Virus record (IMG/VR): IMGVR_UViG_3300044513_003136
Span: 1 to 35,675 of that record
Length of the DNA stretch: 35,675 nt
Source of the DNA: a virus
Taxonomy: Duplodnaviria; Caudoviricetes
Strand: one strand, 5' to 3'
The notes beneath the pieces are model-generated. The model ran no database searches. It was not told the DNA's origin and was given only the letters and a program-made list of their open reading frames with translations. Positions 29,790 through 35,589 of this stretch are shown here, piece by piece (position 1 is the stretch's first letter; each line of letters begins with the position of its first letter). The translations under genes were made by a program, and so were the position numbers.

Positions 29790-29981
29790 TCAGCGCACGT
29801 CCTGCAGGGCGCTTGCCTTGGTGGTCATGCACGTGCCACGGGAACCAGCAGCGCCGCCGTGAGTGCGGACCCTGCTGCTGCCGCCTTTGATGCGATCCGC
29901 CCAGCGATTGGCGGCAGTGCCATGGGCGATGGGCAGGCGGGTAACCTTGAATTGAACGCCGTCGATGGTTGCGGTGGTCAT
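29790..29981 (-). CDS. Small basic hypothetical early protein (63 aa)
   Basis: Own extended -10 promoter; GC-rich codons. Confidence 0.75.
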   Translation of the reverse strand: MTTATIDGVQFKVTRLPIAHGTAANRWADRIKGGSSRVRTHGGAAGSRGTCMTTKASALQDVR

Positions 29982-30003
29982 GGGGTTCGTTGCTGTTGTG
30001 AAT

Positions 30004-30012
30004 ATTGTAGCA
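30004..30012 (-). promoter_or_regulatory. Extended -10 promoter TGC-TACAAT
   Basis: 22 nt upstream of ATG 29981. Confidence 0.65.
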
Positions 30013-30019
30013 GGTCAGA

Positions 30020-30157
30020 TCACCAAACGATGGGGGTTCCGTCAAAGTCGGTGACAGTTCCCTGATTGGCATCGGCGGCAATGCTCTCCAGGATCTCCAG
30101 GAGTTCGGCACCATCAGCGGCACGGTTCAGGAGGGAGGTGGCGAGGTCGCGGGTCAT
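30020..30157 (-). CDS. Small hypothetical early protein, 45 aa (MTRDLATSLLNRAADGAELLEILES...)
   Basis: 3' part of the 30020..30358 ORF; ATG 30157 after an A/C-rich leader avoids overlap with the 87-aa gene. Confidence 0.7.
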   Translation of the reverse strand: MTRDLATSLLNRAADGAELLEILESIAADANQGTVTDFDGTPIVW

Positions 30158-30213
30158 GGTAGGATGTTGGTTTGGTTTGGTGGAGTCTTCAGGGCGCTGC
30201 CGTTCCCATCGGA

Positions 30214-30477
30214 TCAGAGTTCTGCCATCATCTCCTCCATCTCCTGGGCGTCGATGGCGGGGTCGTTCCATGCTACCCCATCGCCAGTGGCACCAAGGTA
30301 GCGTCCGATCTGTCCGTCCATCATGCAGCGTTGGAACTTCTCCCAGGGGGTCTCCCATGGGGCACAGAACTCAACACACGCCTTAGCGGTGTTGTAGAGA
30401 AACTCATCGTTTCCGATCCACAGGGAGGCATTCCAGGTTTCGTAGTTTGCCCAACCGTTGTAGGTAGCGGTGCTCAT
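30214..30477 (-). CDS. Conserved phage hypothetical protein (YNGWANYETWN family)
   Basis: YNGW.NYETWN..LWI.NDE..Y and T.DGVAW.D motifs. Confidence 0.85.
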   Translation of the reverse strand: MSTATYNGWANYETWNASLWIGNDEFLYNTAKACVEFCAPWETPWEKFQRCMMDGQIGRYLGATGDGVAWNDPAIDAQEMEEMMAEL

Positions 30478-30499
30478 CGGTGTCGTTTGAACTGAGATC

Positions 30500-30558
30500 A
30501 GTATAAGGGGTCAGCGGCGGATCAGGTCGCCTGCAGTGTACAGTGCCTCTGCTGTCAC
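30500..30558 (-). promoter_or_regulatory. Early promoter: -10 TATACT plus upstream palindrome (ACA-N10-TGT)
   Basis: -10 at 30500-30505; palindrome core at 30540-30555. Confidence 0.65.
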
Positions 30559-30749
30559 ATGTTGGAGAATCCAGAGAGGTCCTCTATGCTATAGTCCTGC
30601 AGGACCTCTCCGTCGACCAGAGAATTCTTTACTCTATCCATGAAATCTTCAGGATCTGATGTCTGCAACTGTATAAGGATTGAATGCCGTTCTCTATAAG
30701 TTTGAACGGCAACATTATTCTTCACTACGTAGGGTTTTTTCTCTGTCAT
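30555..30749 (-). CDS. Small hypothetical protein
   Basis: ATGA overlap with the upstream stop (alternative ATG at 30755). Confidence 0.6.
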   Translation of the reverse strand: MTEKKPYVVKNNVAVQTYRERHSILIQLQTSDPEDFMDRVKNSLVDGEVLQDYSIEDLSGFSNM

Positions 30750-31651
30750 TTCCATGCTTTCTGTCGGGTGAAGTTATTATAACTGAACACCTCACGATTC
30801 ACAAGTTTGATTGTGCCAAACTCATTAGAGTAGACATAACCTTCGGCATCAATTCGATCATATCCAATGTAAGCAGCAGGACCATCATTGCGGCAAAGAT
30901 AGAGTGCGTCATCTTTGATAGATTTCACAAGTGCCCACAATCCAAGCAGCAGAGGATCGCAATCGAAGTCGTCATTAACTACGGGGCGATTCTCCCTGAT
31001 ACATGCATTCAATTGTTGCTTAATTTGCTTTGCTTTCTTATCATCCAGGAAGGTTACAGTCTGTGCCATTTGTTTGGCAAACTGAATCACCTCAGAAAGG
31101 TCAGAGAACGAACCAAGGCAGGTGTCATAATTGCCACTGAAGATACGTGCCTTGGGTTTCACAAACTTACAATAGATTGTGTCGGTGATTGTGAAGTTCA
31201 TCGGGTGTGCAATTGCATCCCGAAGGTCACTCTCTGCAATGTAGTAAGTATGAGGAGCAACGATAATTTCCTCACGTACAGTCACTCCGAAGTTGTAAGT
31301 GATAGTGTTGGGAGTGTATTCAGAGTCTCCGCCAAACCCAATAAAGTCGCCTTGAAAAATGGCGTCTGTATGAGGTAACCAATCAAAACAAGCGTGCAGA
31401 ATTTTTGCAACGTTGCCGTCATGGTTTGCATCGATTTCCGCATGAGATTCGTTGATCTTGATCTTTACTTTGTTGAAGACACTTTTGGTGCCCACGAAGA
31501 AGTTGCCCGTGGCAGGATTGCGTCCCCATACAATAGCGGGAGCGCCGTCCATCTTCACGCTTAGGTGACCCTCACTCATGAGAAGATCCAGAACGCTCAG
31601 GTCACCCGTCAGGATGGTGTCTTCGGGGTGTTCGATGTGTTTGTTTTGCAT
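30746..31651 (-). CDS. Ligase/capping-type nucleotidyltransferase-fold protein (DUF6267-like, 301 aa)
   Basis: KHIEHPED; SVKMDG (motif I), IFQGDF (III), EGYVY (IV), IKLVNR (V); ATG 31651 follows a -10 box. Confidence 0.7.
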   Translation of the reverse strand: MQNKHIEHPEDTILTGDLSVLDLLMSEGHLSVKMDGAPAIVWGRNPATGNFFVGTKSVFNKVKIKINESHAEIDANHDGNVAKILHACFDWLPHTDAIFQGDFIGFGGDSEYTPNTITYNFGVTVREEIIVAPHTYYIAESDLRDAIAHPMNFTITDTIYCKFVKPKARIFSGNYDTCLGSFSDLSEVIQFAKQMAQTVTFLDDKKAKQIKQQLNACIRENRPVVNDDFDCDPLLLGLWALVKSIKDDALYLCRNDGPAAYIGYDRIDAEGYVYSNEFGTIKLVNREVFSYNNFTRQKAWK

Positions 31652-31657
31652 GGTCTT

Positions 31658-31726
31658 AGTATGGCAGGTCCTGAGGCGTTCTGGGGGGTTTGGTGGGCAG
31701 TTCCCCAACTGGTCGGGCAGCTGCCC
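31658..31726 (-). promoter_or_regulatory. Early promoter: TGC-CATACT plus palindrome CCAGTTGGGGAACTGC and GGGCAGCTGCCC
   Basis: -10 at 31658-31663; core at 31697-31712. Confidence 0.7.
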
Positions 31727-31732
31727 TATTTG

Positions 31733-32080
31733 TTATGCAAACATGAAACCATTGGTGAAGTCGTACTCATTGTAAACGGGCGAAGTTCCTGCCTGTCCGA
31801 TGAACTTATGAACGAACCAATTGAAGTTCTTTTGGATTACACATTCTCCCTTGATTCCATGCTCCGAAAGAATAGCATTCAGGCGGGATTTGGTGGTCTT
31901 TGACTGATAACCACCGTCGAAGATTTGAACGAAGTCATCACCAACCACGGCAATCTTGTTACCGTGCAGGTATACAGTCGACTCGTTAGTTTCAGGATCA
32001 AAGGTCACCGAAGTGTTGTCACATTGCCAGTTGCGGGAGTCAGAAATGGCAGCGTTCATTTCACGTTCGATCTTACGCAT
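31733..32080 (-). CDS. Conserved phage hypothetical protein, 115 aa (MRKIEREM...LHGNKIA...TTKSRLNA)
   Basis: ATG 32080 lies downstream of a consensus promoter; the longer ORF start would lie inside the promoter. Confidence 0.85.
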   Translation of the reverse strand: MRKIEREMNAAISDSRNWQCDNTSVTFDPETNESTVYLHGNKIAVVGDDFVQIFDGGYQSKTTKSRLNAILSEHGIKGECVIQKNFNWFVHKFIGQAGTSPVYNEYDFTNGFMFA

Positions 32081-32105
32081 GAGTCTGTGTCGTGTGAACA
32101 ATGGT

Positions 32106-32164
32106 AGTATGGATCGGATCGGGGGGAAAGTCAAGGGGTCTTGACCAGTTCCCCAACTGGCACA
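32106..32164 (-). promoter_or_regulatory. Early promoter TTGACT-17-CATACT plus palindrome GTGCCAGTTGGGGAACTGG
   Basis: -35 at 32129-32134; -10 at 32106-32111; core at 32145-32160. Confidence 0.85.
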
Positions 32165-32166
32165 CC

Positions 32167-32352
32167 TCAGAAGAGGAGATCAGCGATCTGCTCCATGATG
32201 CTGCCATAGTCTGCGATATGGACCCCGTCATGGCGGATCTCAGCGTACCCAAACTCTTGTGCCAAATCGTAGCAGATGTCGTGGGCACGATCCAGGTCCA
32301 GCACGGACTCAGACTCGTGCATGGCAGAGGGGACCAGAATTTCGTAACGCAT
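32167..32352 (-). CDS. Small acidic hypothetical early protein, 61 aa (MRYEILVPS...)
   Basis: ATG 22 nt downstream of TATAAT. Confidence 0.75.
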   Translation of the reverse strand: MRYEILVPSAMHESESVLDLDRAHDICYDLAQEFGYAEIRHDGVHIADYGSIMEQIADLLF

Positions 32353-32374
32353 GGGGTTTGTTTGAACTTCAGTC

Positions 32375-32388
32375 ATTATAGGCACGGG
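32375..32388 (-). promoter_or_regulatory. Early promoter -10 TATAAT (CCCGTGCCTATAAT)
   Basis: Part of an 18-bp block (32371-32388) identical to 32645-32662. Confidence 0.7.
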
Positions 32389-32625
32389 TCACCCCAGGCG
32401 AGCGTAGGGAGCGGTCACTTCGCTCGCTGGCACACGGGTCACGGTCAGGCGCTTCCATCCTTCGATCTGATAGTAACGGATCTCCTCAATGACGGAATTG
32501 ACCACGTTGTCATGCTGGCGGGACATGCCCTTGGCAGTCGTTGCCTTGCGACGCTTGCGGAATTCAACGGCAGTCGTACCGTCAGCGCGGTCAAGTTCCA
32601 CACGGTAGAAGGCGAAGGCAGTCAC
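32389..32625 (-). CDS. Small hypothetical early protein (78 aa, GTG start)
   Basis: Own promoter; GC-rich coding pattern. Confidence 0.75.
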   Translation of the reverse strand: MTAFAFYRVELDRADGTTAVEFRKRRKATTAKGMSRQHDNVVNSVIEEIRYYQIEGWKRLTVTRVPASEVTAPYARLG

Positions 32626-32648
32626 GGCGATCGTTTCGAACTGAAGTC

Positions 32649-32716
32649 ATTATAGGCACGGGGTCGGCACGAACACGACCCCTAGTGTGCCACCTTGCCA
32701 ACTGGTCGGGCAGCTG
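32649..32716 (-). promoter_or_regulatory. Early promoter TATAAT plus palindrome CCAGTTGGCAAGGTGGCAC; GGGGTCG/CGACCCC hairpin over the -35 region
   Basis: -10 at 32649-32654; core at 32690-32705. Confidence 0.75.
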
Positions 32717-32728
32717 ACCTGGGTATAA

Positions 32729-32902
32729 TTAATCCTCCAGAATGTGTGGGTAGTATTCTTTACACTCTTCAATCAATTCTGCGTCCGAATACTTATCATA
32801 ACTCTCACTCATGTTATCATAAAGAATTGCCATCATAGTTTTGATGTCCATATCCTCCAGGATTTGCTGGATCATGTTATCTTGAAGTTCAGAACGATTC
32901 AT
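32729..32902 (-). CDS. Small acidic protein, 57 aa (not in ORF track)
   Basis: MNRSELQDNMIQQILEDMDIKTMMAILYDNMSESYDKYSDAELIEECKEYYPHILED; ATG 1 nt after the upstream TGA. Confidence 0.8.
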   Translation of the reverse strand: MNRSELQDNMIQQILEDMDIKTMMAILYDNMSESYDKYSDAELIEECKEYYPHILED

Positions 32903-32903
32903 G

Positions 32904-33038
32904 TCAGTAATCGATGTTGGAGTTCAGGTAGTTTTCTACATTAAACTTCTCTTCTTTCTCCCACTCTTCTTTATACTCAATCACGTCAAAGATCTCACCA
33001 GGAGCATCAGCAATCTCGGTCCAGAGTTCATCAAACAT
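32904..33038 (-). CDS. Small acidic protein, 44 aa (not in ORF track)
   Basis: MFDELWTEIADAPGEIFDVIEYKEEWEKEEKFNVENYLNSNIDY; directly downstream of a promoter. Confidence 0.8.
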   Translation of the reverse strand: MFDELWTEIADAPGEIFDVIEYKEEWEKEEKFNVENYLNSNIDY

Positions 33039-33062
33039 GGGTCAATTCCCGAACACTTGAAT

Positions 33063-33120
33063 ACAATACACGATTTTGGGGCACTGTGCGGGTTTGGTGT
33101 CCACCTTCCCAACTGGCACA
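33063..33120 (-). promoter_or_regulatory. Early promoter -10 TATTGT plus palindrome GTGCCAGTTGGGAAGGTGGACAC
   Basis: -10 at 33063-33068; core at 33101-33116. Confidence 0.7.
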
Positions 33121-33133
33121 GCGGAGCAGCTGC

Positions 33134-33164
33134 GATTCTCAATAAGAAAGTATTATTGAGAATC
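33134..33164. repeat. Perfect 12-bp inverted repeat GATTCTCAATAA-N7-TTATTGAGAATC
   Basis: Directly visible; intergenic. Confidence 0.9.
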
Positions 33165-33181
33165 AAAACAGTTGGTGTTAA

Positions 33182-33370
33182 CTAGTAGCGGGAATCGTTC
33201 AGGAAGGGTTCGAAAACTGCGGCAACTTCTTCCCAGTGCTCATCACGAAGTTCACCACATTGAGATTCCATGAAATCATAAACCATGCCCCAATCGGCAT
33301 CGGTTTCTTCACAGAATTGCGGCAGAGATTGAAGAGCGGAGTAGAACAAATCGGAGTTGTTTTTGATCAT
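33182..33370 (-). CDS. Small acidic protein, 62 aa (MIKNNSDLFY...)
   Basis: ATG 33370 lies 6 nt after the -10 box; the longer GTG start is inside the promoter. Confidence 0.75.
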   Translation of the reverse strand: MIKNNSDLFYSALQSLPQFCEETDADWGMVYDFMESQCGELRDEHWEEVAAVFEPFLNDSRY

Positions 33371-33376
33371 GAGACT

Positions 33377-33436
33377 ACAATACACGATTTTGGGGGGAAT
33401 TCAACCCCCCTTGTGCCACTTCAGCGATTGGCACAA
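33377..33436 (-). promoter_or_regulatory. Early promoter TTGAAT-16-TATTGT plus perfect palindrome TTGTGCCA-N10-TGGCACAA
   Basis: -10 at 33377-33382; -35 at 33399-33404; palindrome at 33411-33436; second copy at 33455-33473. Confidence 0.8.
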
Positions 33437-33474
33437 GACCTACGTAAACTGCAGACAATTCACGAAGTGGCACA

Positions 33475-33639
33475 TCAATAGATATCAGGATGATTGAAGA
33501 TGGTAAACTCAACACTCTCATCACCTTCTAGACCTAGTACTTCTCTCCAATCTAGATCTTCCAGGTATAAATCATCATAACACTCGATATCGAGTGTAAC
33601 ACTTACCTTGCGCTTTTGTGCAATTGTGTGTGCGTGCAT
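33475..33639 (-). CDS. Small acidic protein, 54 aa (MHAHTIAQKRKVSVTLDIECYDD...)
   Basis: ATG 33639; alternative GTG at 33672 overlaps the upstream stop. Confidence 0.7.
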   Translation of the reverse strand: MHAHTIAQKRKVSVTLDIECYDDLYLEDLDWREVLGLEGDESVEFTIFNHPDIY

Positions 33640-33668
33640 GACTCTCGTGCGTTGTGTGCTACATTCTA

Positions 33669-33836
33669 TCACGCATAATGCCTATACGCAAGCGCATCAT
33701 AGTCTTGCGTATCTCGTGCGTAGTCGTCATCATTATCGTCCAGGGTACGCGCACCATGATACATCTCGTAGTACGTATCCTCGTCGATAATATTCTCGTT
33801 GCCAAAATTGTATTCGAGATCGTAGTCGTCGTACAT
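33669..33836 (-). CDS. Asp/Tyr-rich protein, 55 aa (not in ORF track)
   Basis: MYDDYDLEYNFGNENIIDEDTYYEMYHGARTLDDNDDDYARDTQDYDALAYRHYA; consensus promoter upstream. Confidence 0.75.
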   Translation of the reverse strand: MYDDYDLEYNFGNENIIDEDTYYEMYHGARTLDDNDDDYARDTQDYDALAYRHYA

Positions 33837-33869
33837 AATTCTCGTCGAGATTTGTTATAACGCTTTGTT

Positions 33870-33898
33870 ATTATATACGATTCTCGTAGAGATTGCAA
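33870..33898 (-). promoter_or_regulatory. Sigma70-type promoter TTGCAA-17-TATAAT
   Basis: Near-consensus; first promoter of the island. Confidence 0.8.
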
Positions 33899-34019
33899 GC
33901 CTATTCTCGCACATTCTCGTATGAGACCATGTATGTATATATAAGATCTCGTAATGTATATGTCATTCTCGTAACATATTCTCGTGCGGGTTCTCACATT
34001 TCTCGCGCCGCCGTGGGAC

Positions 34020-34048
34020 TTGACAAACTCCGCGTTTCATGGTACGCT
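34020..34048 (+). promoter_or_regulatory. Divergent sigma70-type promoter TTGACA-17-TACGCT (extended -10 TG)
   Basis: Perfect -35, 17-nt spacer, oriented toward the HNH gene. Confidence 0.65.
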
Positions 34049-34099
34049 CGCTAAGTCCACATAATACTCGAACATTTATGAGGAAAATAAAACACTCTC

Positions 34100-34184
34100 A
34101 TAAGTACAAGTACATTTAACACAAAATTAACCTCATTGTACTTGTACTTATAAATTAGTAATAAGTACATCCCCATAAGTACAT
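34100..34184. repeat. AAGTACA repeat array including a perfect 15-bp inverted repeat
   Basis: ATAAGTACAAGTACA (34100-34114) / TGTACTTGTACTTAT (34137-34151); ATAAGTACAT at 34161 and 34175. Confidence 0.9.
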
Positions 34185-34185
34185 C

Positions 34186-34701
34186 ATGAATGCCCGTTGG
34201 AAGCAATTAAGTGAGATCGATGACTATGAAGATTTCAGTGGTTATGCCATTGATGTGGAAGGTTTCTTATGGTCATTGAAATACAAAACACCAAAACTTC
34301 GCAAACCAGTGTGGGCAGGAACAGGAGAATGTAGATATCTTACATTCCGTGTGAGAGATGATAATGGAAAAGCAAAAACACTCTACCTACACAAATTGGT
34401 CGCTCTGGCATTTCTTCCATGTGATGATCCTTCCCGTAGGGTAGTACATAAGAACAAAGATAGAACAGATAATCGATTAGAAAACTTAGAGTGGGTTGCC
34501 AACATAAAAGAGAAGCAGGAAGCACTCGATTTTATACTGCAACGCTCTCTTGTTGAGAGAATCCTACAGGTGCATATCGCCGCTCAGAAGAAAGGATTGA
34601 GAGTGGGAGATTCTTACAGTTTTACCACACAAATGGTAGAGAATGCAATCGATTCTTATATCATGCAGTACGGATTAAGAAAGATAATGTCAGAACTATA
34701 A
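34186..34701 (+). CDS. HNH endonuclease-like protein (NUMOD4/HNH_3 type) with C-terminal helical extension
   Basis: WKQL..Y..YAI...G.LWS; LHKLVALAFLP; VVHKNKDRTDNRLENLEWV. Confidence 0.8.
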   Translation: MNARWKQLSEIDDYEDFSGYAIDVEGFLWSLKYKTPKLRKPVWAGTGECRYLTFRVRDDNGKAKTLYLHKLVALAFLPCDDPSRRVVHKNKDRTDNRLENLEWVANIKEKQEALDFILQRSLVERILQVHIAAQKKGLRVGDSYSFTTQMVENAIDSYIMQYGLRKIMSEL

Positions 34702-34730
34702 GACCTTATATCCCGGAACGCCTCTACAAA

Positions 34731-34994
34731 TTACCACCGGTCATCCGGACACTCGGAAGCAGTGAACTTCACCTTATGTTCCATCCAACAACCACACTTC
34801 TTACAACGCTTTTGTCTATATGCAAAGTGTTCACATTTCTCACATATATCCATTCTTTCCTTCTGTAAGTCTTTTGAAGCAAATACATCTAATTCATGAG
34901 TAGTAGCAATATCAGTGACCATCTCAATCGCAAACTTGGCAAGATTACCTATTTGCTTTTCAACTGATGGAAACTCTTCATTGTTGTTTGTCAT
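34731..34994 (-). CDS. Cys-rich (putative metal-binding) small protein, DUF6171-like
   Basis: RMDICEKC..RCKKCGCWM..K......CP..RW; GGAGG SD before ATG 34994. Confidence 0.8.
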   Translation of the reverse strand: MTNNNEEFPSVEKQIGNLAKFAIEMVTDIATTHELDVFASKDLQKERMDICEKCEHFAYRQKRCKKCGCWMEHKVKFTASECPDDRW

Positions 34995-35589
34995 GTGTAC
35001 CTCCAAAATAAAACCATCCAGTGCATACGTACTTAGTACCAGCAGTTACTAATCCTCCACGATGTGCATGAGTATAACCAGAGGGCCAAATGAGTAACTT
35101 TCCTGTTTCTGGTTTAATACGTTGATGTTGATAAAGGAACTCTGTTTCTCCCCCTTCGAAGTCATCATTCAAATAGAGCATCCATACTGCCATACGCTGA
35201 GAATGTTCCATGGCAGTTCTCTCATCGTGCCATACATGATAACCTCCGCCTGCTGGAGTTTTCTGTACTTTCTGATGAATAGAGTAAACTGGTATATTAG
35301 TAATATGCCCGTATTCTGTTACATAATCGTCCCAGCATGTCCAGAGCATTTGATTAAACTTTGTTCCAACATCATTAGTATCCATAAACTGTTGAAGTTG
35401 AAGCATATCAATTGCCCAATCAAATCGCCCAGCATTTCGATCAGGAAACTGAGTATTTTCACACCATACAGATCCAATGCTATGATAATAATCAAACGAT
35501 TTGATTACATCTTTGCAGAATGCACTGTCAATAACATTATGGTATTCGCCGATAAAATCAGAATACAAACCTATCCTATCTTCATTCAT
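34978..35589 (-). CDS. 2OG-Fe(II) oxygenase (prolyl-4-hydroxylase-like)
   Basis: GGGYHVWHDE (HxE); WMLYLND..EGGETEF; WPSGYTHAHRG; KYVCTGW. Confidence 0.92.
   Translation of the reverse strand: MNEDRIGLYSDFIGEYHNVIDSAFCKDVIKSFDYYHSIGSVWCENTQFPDRNAGRFDWAIDMLQLQQFMDTNDVGTKFNQMLWTCWDDYVTEYGHITNIPVYSIHQKVQKTPAGGGYHVWHDERTAMEHSQRMAVWMLYLNDDFEGGETEFLYQHQRIKPETGKLLIWPSGYTHAHRGGLVTAGTKYVCTGWFYFGGTHDKQQ

Larger units (their letters stand above)
33643..34005 (+). repeat. Cluster of (AT)TCTCG(T) direct repeats
   Basis: TCTCG at 33643, 33712, 33764, 33794, 33840, 33882, 33905, 33915, 33947, 33967, 33980, 34001. Confidence 0.8.

Noticed and set aside
30185-30192. CTGAAGA (minus strand) as a hammerhead ribozyme core
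   Set aside because: No stem II or GAAA follows
29689-30495. ORFs 29689..30123(-), the 5' part of 30020..30358(-) and plus-strand 93-107 aa ORFs
   Set aside because: GC-rich shadow frames that cross promoters and better-supported genes
30500-33473. Intergenic repeats as a CRISPR array or integron attC sites
   Set aside because: Repeats are degenerate, separated by whole genes and contain promoters; no cas or integrase gene and no attC-type GTTRRRY/RYYYAAC stems were seen
30680-33481. Plus-strand ORFs such as 30680..31378 (232 aa) and 32101..32655 (184 aa)
   Set aside because: Antisense to promoter-supported minus-strand genes
33608-33997. ORFs 33659..33997(-), 33608..33790(+) and 33654..33860(+)
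   Set aside because: Low-complexity products of the TCTCG repeats; the minus-strand ORF runs across a consensus promoter, and the 55-aa D/Y-rich frame fits better
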